Source of the DNA: Eledone cirrhosa
Lineage: Eukaryota
Assembly: GCA_964016885.1 (NCBI GenBank)
Contig: OZ024743.1
Location: forward strand, 176,266,001-176,330,000
Length of the DNA: 64,000 bases
Direction: 5' to 3'
This document shows, piece by piece, positions 40,778 to 55,887 of this stretch; within the stretch, counting starts at the first letter, position 1; every line of letters begins with the position of its first letter. The notes beneath the pieces were generated by a model. That model searched no databases. It saw only the letters and a list, made by a program, of their open reading frames with translations, and was not told the DNA's origin. Both the position numbers and the translations under genes were made by a program.

Positions 40778-41075
40778 TTGAGGTAGACTGCATACGGAAC
40801 TGTAAATTTGCAAGTGGACTGCATGGTAAACTGTAAATGGGTAGGTAGACTGCACGCCAAAGGGAGGGAGAGAATCTGTTTCTATTTACATCAGATATAT
40901 GCGGGGCCCCTCAAGCGTTAAAGTTAGGATTAAGTTTTATAGTTGAGGTAAACTGCACACTGAAATGTAAATGTGTAGGTGGTCCACATGCAAAACTTCA
41001 AATGTCCAGGTAGACTGTACGCTAAATTGTAAATGACCAGGTAGACTGTATGCTGAACTGTAAATAACCGGGTAA
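40778..41075. repeat. Degenerate ~30-bp tandem repeat (aggtagactgca...ctgtaaat)
   Basis: About 7-8 units in two blocks, each preceded by gttag-rich sequence. Confidence 0.75.
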
Positions 41076-42044
41076 ACAAGAGTCTAAACGAGGATATGTT
41101 ACTGTCTCAGTACAAATCTTGAGAAGCTGGGATTTATAGTACCAGAAAGGGCACTAATTGAACCCCTTTCTTTTAGAATTTGGGCACAATTTTCGCGAAT
41201 TGTATAGTTTTGACTGTTGTGCTGTTGTTGTTGAACCCCTGTCTGTTCTGACGACTACTGTTCCAGTTGATCTTTCATGTGAAATTAATATGCAAATGGC
41301 TGAGCATTCCACATACATGCATACACTTAGCGTAGTTATGAGATAAAATCAGCAGCACAGTGTGTGACAAGGCTAGCCCTTTTAATTACAGGTACAACTC
41401 ATTTATTTCCAGTGGAGTGGATGTCAGCAACGTGAAATATAGTGTCTTGTTCAAGGACACGACACGCTCCCGGGTATCGAACTCAAATCTGTTACGATCA
41501 TGAGCCGAGTCATCTAATTACTTAACCACGCGCCTTCACAGTGTAAATGTAACAAGGTCTAATTCATATTTATTTACCTTCCACTATAAAATGGACACTT
41601 TATGATGATCAAACATCATATATCATCAATGATTTGTGTAAAGGAGTTGCCAATGTCTTTAAACAAACAAATCATTCATAAGGACTTCACTGTTTCATCT
41701 GTATTTTTCACCACAAACAATTAATTTCAAGTAATTATCGTTCATAAATTGATTTTTATAGTTCTTCAACTCTTTACCAACATCCTACCCACAACAATTC
41801 GCCATCTATTCATCTCTATACAACATATCTCGTAAAAGCCATGCTCTACTGCAATATACAAATACGTTAAAAACAGTAAAGACGAAAACAGGTTTACCTT
41901 AATATCATTAAACATGTTATATATTTTAGGCGTATAAGCTGTTTTTATCGAGATTGTCCATCAATTGTTTGCTAAATTATTCATTGTGTGTGATAAGCAT
42001 GTAGACTTTCTAACAATCAATATATATATATATATTTTGTATTC

Positions 42045-42313
<269 letters not shown>

Positions 42314-42534
42314 TTGGTAAACGGAATAGAAAATGCTGACAAATTGTTCACAGTTGAAAAATGGTTTAATTAGGAATAAAAGAGTATTAGTGATTGTATG
42401 GGTTAGTATTCAGTCGTGGTTTTAAGTTTTTAAGTTTTTACCGGTTGGGCATTTCTAAATGCTTTTCAAAAATAATTTTGAGATAGAGTGTCCGTGTTGT
42501 TTGCTCTGATCTGATTAGTTTTGGGAATTCTACC

Positions 42535-42782
42535 TGTTTTTATGTTAAAAAAGTGGCTCCAGCGTTACTTTGGTGTTGCAAAAATTCTTGTGGTCAAAAC
42601 AATTTTGATTGGTCGGTAGAGGTCATGTGAATGTAAGAAATTGATTTTGCGCCAAGACTGTTTTTATGTTAAAAAAGTGGCTCCAGCGCTACTTGGTGTT
42701 TGCAAAAATTCTTGTGGTCAAAACAATTTTGATTGGTCGGTAGAGGTCATGTGAATAAAAAATTGGTTTTGCGCCAAGATTG
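42535..42782. repeat. ~124-bp direct tandem duplication
   Basis: tgtttttatgttaaaaaagtggctccagcg...gcgccaaga occurs twice. Confidence 0.85.
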
Positions 42783-42815
42783 TGAAATGACTCTTTCACA
42801 ACAAATGTGTGTGTG

Positions 42816-42852
<37 letters not shown>

Positions 42853-42920
42853 TAGTAGTAAGGTGTTCGATGTTGTGATAATGGTTAGCAGGGATGTGTG
42901 TCAAATGACTATTAAGATAA

Positions 42921-43028
<108 letters not shown>

Positions 43029-43388
43029 ATATAGCAGATTAATTCGTGGTAGCAGGGATGGTCAGTAAGAATGTGTCTGAAAGCAATGGGGGGTATTTTA
43101 GCATGTCAAAAGATATTTTTCAGCTTTTGTCTTATACGGAGAAGTGCGTGTGTGTGTGTGTGTGTATAAGTCTCTTTGTATGTTAATGTACGCGTGTGTA
43201 TGTGTGTGTGTATATATGTGTGTGTGTGTGTGTGTGTGTGGGTGGACCACTATTTTTTTCCCCCTGGTAAAATGGTGTACATTATTCGATTTTTTCAGTA
43301 AAATCGGTTCTCTTAATAGAACATCAAAAATCTTAATAATAAAAGGTGTGAAATGATATTCACTATATATATATACACATACATATAT

Positions 43389-43455
<67 letters not shown>

Positions 43456-43944
43456 TTTTTTTCTGTTGCACCATAGAGCATGTGTGTTTACACACACGCA
43501 CTACTCCGTATAAGACAAAAGCTGAAAAATATCTTTTGACATGCTAAAATAATTGTAAGATATGCACTCAATATTTTGAGTTTGTCTACAGAATTCTCTA
43601 AACCTTTGTCACTTAGTAGAACCTTAATGAATTTAGCTTTAAAAGAATCTCCCTTTCCTTTAAATCTATCTAGCATGACTGACCCCCCCCCCCCCCCACT
43701 GATCTTATAGACACCTGTTAGCTTAAGAGAAACTTAATAACAAGGATTGGCATGCCATCCTGAACCTGTTTATAGAATTCTGTCTGCCTTTGTTACTCTA
43801 AAAACAAAAATAAACTATAGCTTTGTAGAATTAGCTTTTAATGAATTCCCTTTTCTATCAACCAATGACCTACACCCATCCCACCCCCACCCTCTCCTAC
43901 CACTTGTAGAGACCTATAAATACCATACTTATTTTTTGATACCC

Positions 43945-43995
43945 AGATTCCTGATTGTTTCTAAAGAATGAAACAGTTCTAGTCCTGTAGAATCT
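43945..43995 (+). ncRNA. Family H2 hammerhead with mutated core (CTGATTG)
   Basis: AGATTC/GAATCT stem I, TTC/GAA stem II, GAAA, CAG/CTG stem III and a GUA triplet. Confidence 0.6.
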
Positions 43996-44012
43996 CATCT
44001 ATATTAAAACTA

Positions 44013-44053
<41 letters not shown>

Positions 44054-44117
44054 AAAGAAAATAAGGGTTCTTTTTTAATGAAATAAACGAGATGTCCTAC
44101 ACGAGTGAAAGTATAAG

Positions 44118-44337
44118 GAAATCGTAAATGCAACTGGAGTCTTTTAAAGAATATTTATTTGTTTCCTTTGTCGGTTTCACAGTTCTTATGCTTTTCAAAA
44201 TTAGAATTGAGATGGAGGGTTTGTGGTTTTTCAAGTCTTCCATCTCAATTCTACATTTGAAAAGCATAAGAACTGTGAAACCGGTAAAGGAAACAAATAA
44301 ATATTCTTAAAAAGACCCCAGTTGCATTTTCGATTTC
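44118..44337. repeat. ~100-bp-arm palindrome with degenerate U3-A8-type hammerheads
   Basis: Right arm TTGAAAA-GCA-taagaac-TGT-GAAA-CCGG-TA at ~44257-44286; flanked by (TA)n. Confidence 0.75.
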
Positions 44338-44427
44338 TTTTTCATATATACATATATATATAGTGGTAGAGCACTGGAAGGTAATATCCGTAGTGGTAGA
44401 GCACTCAGTCCATGGGACGAGTTAGGT

Positions 44428-44933
44428 AGAAGTGGTTACACAACAGTTAGTTAACCATACCGAGAACAATTGTTCCACCTTAGCGGATCCTCAGCTCGTA
44501 ATGGACATGGTTATACGGAACAGGAAGGACAACCGTACGAACGCGCATGTGCAGAAACCGGTCACTTTACACAGGCAATACTAAAATGCGTGCGAGAGGT
44601 GTAAGGGAGATAACTGCGAAAGTCCGAAAAGTTTTTAGTTGATAAGAAAATTATGATGCTGTTGTATAATTCAATCCGGAGCTTTGTAGTTATGTAAGAG
44701 GTGTTTCGAGACGTGTGGACAACGTGTGAATAATTCATTTCTCGTGTTTTGGCAATCACTATTGCATAATCTCTAAAGAGACCGGTTTCTGCGCATGCGC
44801 GTTCGTACGGTGGTCCTTCCTATTTCTGCGCATGCGCGTTCGTACGGTTGTCCTTCCCATTACGAGCTGAGGATCCGCTAAGGTGAAACAATTGTTCTCG
44901 GTATGGTGAACTAACTGCTGTGTAACCACTTCT
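44428..44933. mobile_element. ~500-bp element with long inverted arms, each carrying a hammerhead
   Basis: 44428-44563 is the reverse complement of 44779-44933 (with an indel and a 37-bp duplication); ends in (TA)n. Confidence 0.78.
44863..44900 (+). ncRNA. Minimal type I hammerhead ribozyme (predicted cleavage after GUU at 44896)
   Basis: CGAG-CTGAGGA-T-CC-gctaa-GG-T-GAAA-CAATTG-TT-CTCG. Confidence 0.8.
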
Positions 44934-45752
44934 ATATATATATATATACACATATATAAAGAGATATATGTATATGTATGTAGAGACAGAGCCATATATG
45001 GCACAAGAAACACGGTATATAGTATATATACCAAATACATATTCTGTAGAAGAATACCTACACAAGTGGAATCAAAAGTGAAACCTTATAGCGCTATTTT
45101 ATACCTGTATATTATGGCTAAAGATCGATCTATGTAATCGATCATCGTAATAAAAAAATAAAAATCAATATATTCGATCATCGAGCACAAACTATTGATT
45201 AAAATTAGACCACATGAGACTCAAGTACTCATCAGAGGTTTAGTTTTACCATTCTAATGGAAATATAGAATGAATATGTTAAATAAATCAATATACCTGG
45301 GAATATCCAAGCTAAGTCATATATATATATATATATATATATATGACTTAGCTGTTGATATTCCCAGGTATGTTGATTTATTTACCATATATATGTGTGT
45401 GTATATAATGTATACACTTTTATAATCATATAATATTTCTGCTGCTCGTAAACGGTGACTGCCAAATGAGAATGGAGACAATTTTGTTAGTAAAAGAGAG
45501 GACATATTAATGAATATAAGGTCATGGCTAGTAGAGAGGAGGATATGACTAACGTGGACAGATAAAATAATAAAGAGTGAGAAAATAATGCTACGAAGTA
45601 ACTTTGGAATAAAAATTTGCGGCAAAATTTTATAGGAATATATATGAAAAGACAGTCAGTTAAAATAGAAAACACACACAAAGGTGTTTACAATTTCTTC
45701 AGATAGAAGAATCAATAGAAACAGAGCCGGTTTTTAATATAATGACATATAT

Positions 45753-46141
45753 ATGGAGGCACATTGCTTAGTGGTTAGAGCATTGGCCTTGCAATCGAAA
45801 GGCTGTGAGTTCAATTCTCAGACCGGGTGATGGTTGTTTCCTTGAGCAAGACACTTTATTTCACATTGCTCCAGTTTAATCAGCTGTAGAAATGTGATGA
45901 TAGGGACTGGGGTCCCTATCATTCCACTGCAAAGTGGTCGTGGAGGTGCCACGGCAAAAAAAGCAGTCAGCCCACACTGTAAAGTGGACGTGTAGGTGCT
46001 ACGGAAAAAAAGCACCCAGCTCTCACTGTAAATGAGGTTGGCGTTAGGAAGGGCATCCAGCTGTAGAAATCAAGCCAGAATCAGTTCCCTTGCAAGCAGG
46101 GAAAAGCGGACGTAAAATGATGATGATGATGATGATGATGA
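45753..46141 (+). mobile_element. Family 2 SINE head joined to a SINE 3' part ending in (GAT)n
   Basis: A box ttgcttagtgg, B box gagttcaattc, ggcgttaggaagggcatccagctgtag and a (tga)n tail. Confidence 0.75.
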
Positions 46142-46691
46142 CAAGCCTCTTTCATTAAAATTTAGACAACACCAACTCAGTAATTTTGACTCTGTGTGTG
46201 CATGTGTGTGTATGGCTGTCATTCCAAGAGTGGATCTATATGATTTTAGTATTATGTGAAAATATACGTATGTTACTATTCGTGTGTATATGCCGTCATT
46301 ACATGCTAATTTTCAGGGAAGTTTTACATATTTTTACAGTTCCATTGAATTGTACATGCCGTATCCTAAGCCGTTCTCTTTCTGCTACTGTAAAGCCCAG
46401 CTGCTCAAGATTTGTGCGGAGACAGTGAGTAAAATATCCAAGTGCATCAATAATCATAGGTGCAAATATAAACTTACACTCAGGGTAGAGTATCTACATG
46501 TTACTCATTAGTTCGGCATAAATATTCTCCTTTTCAATAATATTTGACATTACATTAACATCTGCTGGACAACTGATTTCTACTACACTGCATGCTTTCT
46601 TTTCTCTGTCCCCTGACAATGTGCTGTTCCGTTATGTCTATATTTTATTGGGGTTTCGACTGGATATACATACATATATATATATATATAT

Positions 46692-46791
<100 letters not shown>

Positions 46792-47832
46792 CACACATAC
46801 ACACACAGACACATATATACACACACAGACGCACACACACACACACACACAACATATGGTTGTAATGGTGATGGCCATGTTACCAGCTAATAAAAAGAAC
46901 CACACGCACCATATGATTTTATCTTTTTCACTTTATATTTATCACTAATTATTCGTTAGTTCATCGAGGTTCTTTCGTCACATTTTTTGTAACCTCTTCA
47001 ATGCCTAGCTGTTCTCTTTTGTGCCTCATCTTCTTTCCGGTTTTAATCTGCTACTTCATCTTGTATGTGTGTTTGTATGTATGTATTTATTTATGTATGT
47101 ATATATGTTTGTATGTATGTATGTATGTATGTATGTACGCATGTACGTTGTATGCATGTATGCGCGTATGTATGTACCTATGTAAGTGTGTGTATGTATA
47201 TATATAGAGAGAGAGAAAGAGAGAGAGAGATACATATACACACATATTATACATATATATGCGTGTGTTTGAAAGGATATGTCTTGGTGTATGTGTGTAT
47301 GTGTGTGGTTGCAGGATTGTGTTTGTGTGTGTGTGAGAGTGCGTATGCCTGCGTTTGCGGGGTTGTGTTCCACTCTGTGTTTATAGTCAGAAACAACTAA
47401 AGACGTACAATGTACTTTTTCAAAGCGAGATTTCATCTAAGTCATCTTTTCTTTGAAGCATGTATTTTCATTAATAAAACATCCAAGATATTATCCATAA
47501 TCCTCTCTCTCACCCCCTCTTCCTCTCTTTCTCTCTCACTCAATATTTCTCCCTCTCTCATCTTTCTCTCACTGACTCTTTCTCCCTCTCTTTCACTTTC
47601 TTTCACTTACTTACTCTTTCTCCCTCTCCTCTCTCATCCACTTTTTTCTTTCTCTCTAACATCCTTTCTTTTTCTTTCTCTTTCTTCCTTTCCTTCTCTT
47701 TCTCTCTTTCGCCCCCCCCCCCCCCACCCCCCCCTCTATCTATCTATATCGTCGGAATAGGTCACCAATCAATATGATTTCTACTTAAATAACTACAATA
47801 CTTTATTTGGTTATAAGACACACAACCTTTAA

Positions 47833-48505
47833 TGTGTGTATGCGAGTGTGTATGTGTGTGTATGCATGTGTATATATGTGTGTATGGATGTGTATATGTG
47901 TGTATCAATGAATGTGTATAGGTGTGTATCTGTGAATGTGTATAGATGTGTATCTGTGAGTGTGTATGTGTGTGTGTATGCAATGCATGTGTATATGTGT
48001 GTATTTGTGAGTGTGTAGTGTGTGTATGCATGTGTATATGTGTGTATCTATGAATGTGTATGTGTGTGTGTATGAATGTGTATATGTGTGTATTTGTGAG
48101 TGTGTATGTGTGTGTATGCATGTGTATATGTGTGTATCATTGAATGTGTATATGTGTGTGCATGCATGTTTATACGTGTGTATCGGTGAATGTGTAGTAT
48201 GTGTATGCAATGCATGTGTATATTTGTGTATCAGTGATTGTGTATGTGTGCGTATGTGCATATGTATATGTGTGTATCAGTGAATGTGTATATGGGTGTG
48301 TATAAATGTGTATATGTGTGTATATGTCTGTATGCATGTGTATATGTGTCCATCTGTATGTATGCATGTGTATCTGTGTTTGTGAATGTGTATTCATGTG
48401 TATGCCTGTGTCAGTGTATGTATGTGTGTATCAGTGAGTGTGTATATGCATGTGTATCCATGTATATGGCTGTGTCTGTGTGTGTATGTATGTATCTGTC
48501 TATGT
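47833..48505. repeat. Degenerate TG/TA minisatellite
   Basis: Recurrent gtgtatatgtgtgtatc..tgaatg and tatgcatg units. Confidence 0.85.
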
Positions 48506-48570
48506 ATTTCTGTACGCTTTCTCTGCTCCATTTACCCAATGCTCTCCCCTGAACATTAGTGTTTCTTTTA

Positions 48571-51153
48571 TTGTTACCTCACCCTCTATATTACTTACTA
48601 CCTCTCTCTCTAACTGTTACCTCACCCTCTATATTACTTATTACCTCTCTCTCTCTTTAACTGTTACCTCACCCTCTATATTACTTACTACCTCTCTCTC
48701 TAACTGTTAACTCACCCTCTATATTACTTACTACCTCTCTCTCTAACTGTTACCTCACCCTCTATATTACTTACTACCTCTCTCTCTAACTGTTACCTCA
48801 CCCTCTATATTACTTACTACCCCTCTCTCTCTCTAACTGTTACCTCACCCTCTATATTACTTATTACCTCTCTCTCTCTAACTCTTACCTCACCCTCTAT
48901 ATTACTTACTACCTCTCTCTCTAACTGTTACCTCACCCTCTATATTACTTATTACCCCTCTCTCTCTCTAACTGTTACCTCACCCTCTATATTACTTATT
49001 ACCCCTCTCTATCTCTAACTGTTACCTCACCCTCTATATTACTTACTACCTCTCTCTCTCTAATTCTTACCTCACCCTCTATATTACTTACTATCTCTCT
49101 CTCTCTAACTGTTACCTCACCCTCTATATTACTTATTACCCCTCTCTATCTCTAACTGTTACCTCACCCTCTATATTACTTACTACCTCTCTCTCTCTCT
49201 CTAATTCTTACCTCACCCTCTATATTACTTACTACCTCTCTCTCTCTAACTGTTACCTCATCCTCTATATTACGTATTACCCCCTCTCTCTCTAACTGTT
49301 ACCTCACCCTCTATATTACTTACTACCTCTCTCTCTCTCTAACTGTTACCTAACCCTCTATATTACTTACTACCTCGCTCTCTAACTGTTACCTCACCCT
49401 TTATATTACTGACCTCTCTCTCTCTCTCTAACTGTTACCTCACCCTCTATATTACTAATCTCACTCTCTAACTGTTACATCACCCTCTATATTACTTACT
49501 ACCTCTCTCTCTAACTGTTACCTCACCCTCTATATTACTTACTACCTCTCTCTCTAACTGTTACCTCACGGTCTATATTACTGACCTCTCTCTCTCTAAC
49601 TCTTACCTCACCCTCTATATTACTGACCTCTCTCTCTCTCTCTAAGTGTTACCTCACCCTCTATATTACTTACTACCTCTCTCTCTAACTGTTACCTCAC
49701 CCTCTATATTACTTACCTCTCCTTCTCTCTCTCTAACTGTTACCTCACCCTCTATATTACTTACTACATCTCTCTCTCTCTAACTCTTACATCACCCTCT
49801 ATATTACTTACTACCTCTCTCTCTCTAACTGTTACCTCACCCTATATATTACTTTCTACCTCACTCTCTATATTACTTACTACCTCTCTCTCTCTCTAAC
49901 TGTTACCTCACCCTCTCTATTACTTACTACCTCTCTCTCTAACTCTTACCTCACCCTCTATATTACTCACTACCTCTCTCTCTCTCTAAATGTTAATCAC
50001 CCTCTATATTACTTACTACCTCTCTCTCTAACTATTACCTCACCCTCTATATTACTTACTACCTCTCTCTCTCTCTAACTGTTACCTCACCCTCTATGTT
50101 ACTTACTACCGCTCTCTCTAACTATTACCTCACCCTTTATATTACTGACCTCTCTCTCTCTCTAACTGTTACCTCACCCTCAATATTACTTACTACCTCT
50201 CTCTCTCTCTAACTGTTACCTCACCCTCTATATTACTTACTACCGCTCTCTCTAACTATTACCTCACCCTTTATATTACTGACCTCTCTCTCTCTCTAAC
50301 TGTTACCTCACCCTATATATTACTTACTACCTCTCTCTCTCTCTCTAACTGTTACCTCACCCACTATATTACTTACTAGCTCTCTCTCTCTCTAACTCTT
50401 AACTCACCCTCTATATTACTTACTACCTCTCTCTCTCTCTAACTGTTACCTCACCCTCTATATTACTTACTACCTCTCTCTCTAACTGTTTCCTCACCCT
50501 CTATATTACTGACCTCTCTCTCTCTCTAACTGTTACCTCACCCTCTATATTACTGACCTCCGACTCTCTCTAACTGTTACCACACCCTCTATATTACTTA
50601 CTACCTCTCTCTCTCTCTAACTGTTACCTCACCCTCTATATTACTTACTATCTCTCTCTCTCTCTAACTGTTACCTCACCCTCTATATTACTTACTACCT
50701 GTCTCTCCACCTGTTACCTCACCCTCTATATTACTTACTACCTCTCTCTCTCTCTCTCTAACTGTTACCTCATCCTCTATATTACTACACTACCTCTCTC
50801 TCTAACTGTTACCTCACCCTCTATATTACTTACCTCTCTCTCTCTCTCTCTCTAACTGTTACCTCACCCTCTATATTACTTACTACCTCTCTCTCCACCT
50901 GCTACCTCACCCTCTATATTACTTACTACCTCTCTCTCTCTCTAACTGTTACCTCACCCTCTATATTACTTATTACCCCTCTCTATCTCTAACTCTTACC
51001 TCACCCTCTATATTACTTACTACCTCTCTCTCTCTCTCTAATTCTTACCTCACCCTCTATATTACTTACTACCTCTCTCTCTCTAACTGTTACCTCACCC
51101 TCTATATTACTTATTACCCCTCTCTATCTCTAACTCTTACCTCACCCTCTATA
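48571..51153. repeat. ~40-bp satellite, left block: ctaactgttacctcaccctctatattacttactac(ct)n
   Basis: About 60 tandem units. Confidence 0.97.
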
Positions 51154-51839
51154 TCTGTTAGAACACGAAAAGTGTGAAACAACAGAATGTTCACTTTTCG
51201 TGTTCTAACATATATGCCTAACATCTTCATAAATTTTTCGGGGATAGCCGTGGTGGTGGTGATCGTATGTCATTGGCTAATTTTCAACCAATCAGAGTAA
51301 GTGTTGATATATATATATATATATATATATATACTATTCCCCCTCTCTCTATATATATCTTACGCTTTCGCTTTACACTCCTCCCCTTCAATAACACATT
51401 TCCCCCTCTCTATATATCTCTTCCACTGTTACTTACGCCTGTTTCTCTCTATCTGTTCCGTCTCTATATATATATCTCTCTTACTCTTTCGCTTTGCACT
51501 CCTCCCCTTCAATACCATCTCTCCCCCTCTCTATATATTTGTTACTCTATCGCTGCACGCTCCTCTTTTTCAATATATCAATTACACACGCTTTACACTC
51601 CTTTATCCCCAGCGCCCCTATATATACACCCCCCTCCCGCATCTATATTTTAATGTTCCGTTGCACCGTGAATATATGTGTCTATATATATATACATATA
51701 TATTGTATATACACATTCATGTATGTGTATACACACTCATGTATGTATATACACTGGTTTTATGTGTGTATTGTAAATTTGTACTGTTAAAACACGAAAC
51801 TAACATTCGATTGACACTTTGATTACCTGTACAGGCAAT

Positions 51840-51889
51840 AGTTATTAGAATGCTGTTGAAGTGTGTATATATTTTTGGGGGACATCCTG
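51840..51889. mobile_element. Tc1/mariner-like single terminus
   Basis: ...ttttgggggacatcctg followed by TA. Confidence 0.4.
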
Positions 51890-52665
51890 TATATACACAC
51901 ATTATATATAATACAATAAACAGATAAATACACACATATATATATGAGCTTATTTAATTATAAATATTGTGAATTTTATATATATTGTGAATTTTATATA
52001 TATAAATGGCTTCTACAGGACTAGAACTGTTTCATTCGAAAGAAATCATCATAATATTGAGAGGGGGGACTAGATAAAATATTTCAAATCAAATGTGTAT
52101 AAGTTATAAGTTAAAATGTATAAATAGAGACGATAGTGGAGGTATATCTGTTTAGTGGAACAGTAGACGATAGAATTAAATACAGACGAGAATCTCCCTT
52201 TAATGAAACAGCAGACGATAGAATTAAGGCAATTTAAATTTTAAGCATTTGCATTTCATCGTTACGGGGTCGATAAAATAAAATACCAGTAATACACTGT
52301 CACTATAAGTAGACGACTTTCAAATTGAATTGTTGGTTCCATTTCTTTAGTATTTTCAATTGTAGTTATCTACTTAAAAAGCGTTACACGGTTAGAGACA
52401 TAATTCGTAAGTTATATCTTCCCTATTAAACCATTGCATTATTTCGCCTACAATATAACAAAAATGAAATGTTCTTTAAAGAAACAGGAATATAACTTTA
52501 TAAAAAAAAAAGTTGCATCCGCTTCTTTTATCATTGATAATTTTTTCGTTTTAATATTAATTGTTTTTTGTAGTTGTTTATATTAAAAATCTTACTGTAA
52601 TATTTACTTAAACGAAGGCAGACATCTAAACTTATAGATTAATCTTGAGCGAAGGACTAGATAAA

Positions 52666-52978
<313 letters not shown>

Positions 52979-53067
52979 TTGAATTTCTCCTAAGTATTCA
53001 ATACTCTGTTGAGAAATACATTTTACATAAACAGTCTTTGTACCATTTATACGGTATGAATTACTTA

Positions 53068-53110
<43 letters not shown>

Positions 53111-53134
53111 CGTATGATTAGAACTGTGTTTATT

Positions 53135-53248
53135 ATTAATATTTTAATGGATTTAATGAAAAATTTTAGGTGTTCATATATATATTCTAAAACTGCGCGA
53201 AATCGTGAATCCGCGATAGTTGAACCGCCAAGTAGCGAGGTATCACTG
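53135..53248. mobile_element. pogo/Tigger-like terminus fragment
   Basis: ...ccgcgatagttgaaccgccaagtagcgaggtatcactg followed by TA. Confidence 0.55.
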
Positions 53249-53677
53249 TATATATGTTTAAATATATAGTGTAGCTGTGATGTATCTCGCGAGTGAATCG
53301 AGACCTGTCACTGATTTTGGTGTCCCCACTGCCGATGTGAATGAGCAACGCTGCACTTGTGAATTGGGTCTTGATGTTGCAGGCAGTTCATATACTTACA
53401 ATGATGCGGTCCCACAAGCTTGTTCACATTCCTGTGCTAATAATCTAGATGGGCGTATTAAATTGGATGTGAAAGCAGCTTACCGGATGCGGAATCGGGA
53501 GAAGTTGAGACAAAAACAGGCCGATTATAGAGCTGTGAATTTTGCTAAATTAACACAAAAACAGGCCAAGTATAGATGTTCAAAACGGTATGAGTTGGCT
53601 AAAGAGCAGACCGAGTACAGATCTGCAAATATCTTATTGCACAAACAATAATTCTGCACAAATGTTGCTCCATTATT

Positions 53678-53858
53678 TTGGCAGTATTGGTAGAGGGTCG
53701 GATGCCATGCTTTCCAGCATAGTTACGTCCCTTTACGATCTGAGTTCAAATCCTGCCGAGGTTGACTTTGCCTTTCATCCTTACGGGGTAGATAAAATAA
53801 AGTACCAGTAATGCACTGGGTAATTGCTGGCCTTGTGCCTAAAGTAGAAACAATTATT
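53678..53858 (+). mobile_element. Family 1 SINE (another at ~55165-55340)
   Basis: A and B boxes and core. Confidence 0.85.
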
Positions 53859-54039
53859 AGATCTAATGTTGCAACGATACAGTTAAATGTTGTCTGTGTA
53901 TTTTAAAAAAGATTTGCTTATAATCTTTTCAAATTTCATTACGCCAATGATTCAAGCTCAAATTGACATTATCTAAAAAATTGTACAAACAGCGGTGGAT
54001 TAGCAGTAGTGAACAGATAAATCAGTCAATTTATTAAGA

Positions 54040-54697
54040 TTGACTTGGCATCAATCAGCAAGACCTTCATTAGCTGCTCTCCAGCCATCTATTTAAAGCT
54101 GTATACATCTATGGTACGAATACACTTGGAGTTCGCGTCATCAGTCTGGAACCCCTATCTTGCTCAGAACATTGACCTCCTGGAAACTGTTCAGAGACAT
54201 GCAACCAAGCGCATACCCTCCATCAGACACCTACCATACCCTGAATATTTTGCTTCCCTCTGGCAATGGACTTGGTATACACCCACAAAGTTATTAACCA
54301 TCCGACCAACAACAACCCCGAACACCTTTTTGATCTCCATGTGTCTAACACGTGGACATGCCTACAAAGTCAGAAAACAACACAGCTCCCATGACTTTAG
54401 GAAATATTTCTTCATGCTCAGAGTTGCTGAAGGATGGAACAAACTTCCTGCATCAGTTGTTAGCTGATGACACACTGCATCCTTTAAAACCATCATACAT
54501 TCCGAAATACACCAAAACTACACCTGATGTCCCCCTTCCATACACATGCACATATGTGTATATCATGACTCATGCACTGTTCTTTTTTCCTGACGTTTTT
54601 ATATTACCCTATGTATTATATATGCACTTTTGATGAGTTGTAGTGCACCTCAGCATTGTACACAATATTTTCATTATTATTATCATTATTATTATTA
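54040..54697 (+). mobile_element. 3' fragment of a CR1-group LINE
   Basis: LYTSMVRIHLEFASSVWNPY...LETVQRHATKRIP...TRGH..K...RKYFF..RV...WNKLP, with an (ATT)n tail. Confidence 0.85.
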
Positions 54698-55887
54698 CAC
54701 TCATTGATCCATTTTGCACTAACTCTGCATCAAGCACCCTCACCTAAATATTAACCAATCAAGGATCCAATACAGCTATCTGTTGGATGAGTATTGTATA
54801 GTGCCAAAAACGAAACCAATCAGTTTAGCAGAAAATTTCCAGACAAGAAACACGCATATTTTGCTATCCTCAAACACGTTTACACATGGCATGAAATATA
54901 ACTAATCCGAGATGGCTAGGTTTCATCTTCTAACTGGATATACGAAATCCATTATGTCTTGACAACAACATGAGGTAACATTATGTTATTCACAGACACA
55001 CTTTGTACACTGTTCCATATCAGAATGTATTTCCTTCGTCACATTCACAAACAGTATTGAAAATATGTTCTTCGGCAAATAAAAATGTTTTGTTCATAAT
55101 ATTTCAACTAGCGATTGCTCTACTCCACGCACGACCACCATAAATTAATGACCAGCTCAACACAAGTATTGGTAGAGCGTCAGACACCATGCTTTGCAGT
55201 ATTGTTATGGTCCTTTGCATTCTAAGTTCAAATCCTGCCGAGGTTAACTTCGACTTTCATACTTACTAATTCGATAAAATAAAGTACCAGTAATGGACTG
55301 CCGTAATGGATTTGTGCCGAAAAATAGAAACACTATTAATGTGCAATAAGAGCAAAATATAACGACATTGCTCAATTATTTTATCTAATGTTGTAATAAC
55401 ACAAGGAAATGTTGTTTGTGTATTTTTTTTTATATTTGCTCATAGGCTTTTACAATTTCGCTCAGCCAACAACTATTAAAAAGTGAGTTGCTTAAGATAA
55501 CAATTTAATCACAAATTGTTGCTATCTTTTAATACACTCCAACAAGTCATCAAATTATGTACAATAAAAACAAATCTTATTAATTTGCTCAGGGAATATA
55601 AAGAAAATGTATATACACTGATAATTGCAATTGTATGTAAATATTTTGTTTTTGTATTGTTTATTTTATGTATTCTATTATGTATAATATATTGATTTAA
55701 TATTGATTGTTTTTTGTAGTTGTTTATATTAAAAGTCTGAAAATATTTTTATACATCTTACACTAATATTTATAAGATAATTTATAATAACAATTACATA
55801 ATCTAATTACATTACAACGATAATTTATTATTAATATATATCCTCTTTAACTAGAGTTATTACAAGCGTTGCCTTAAAAAAATATTA

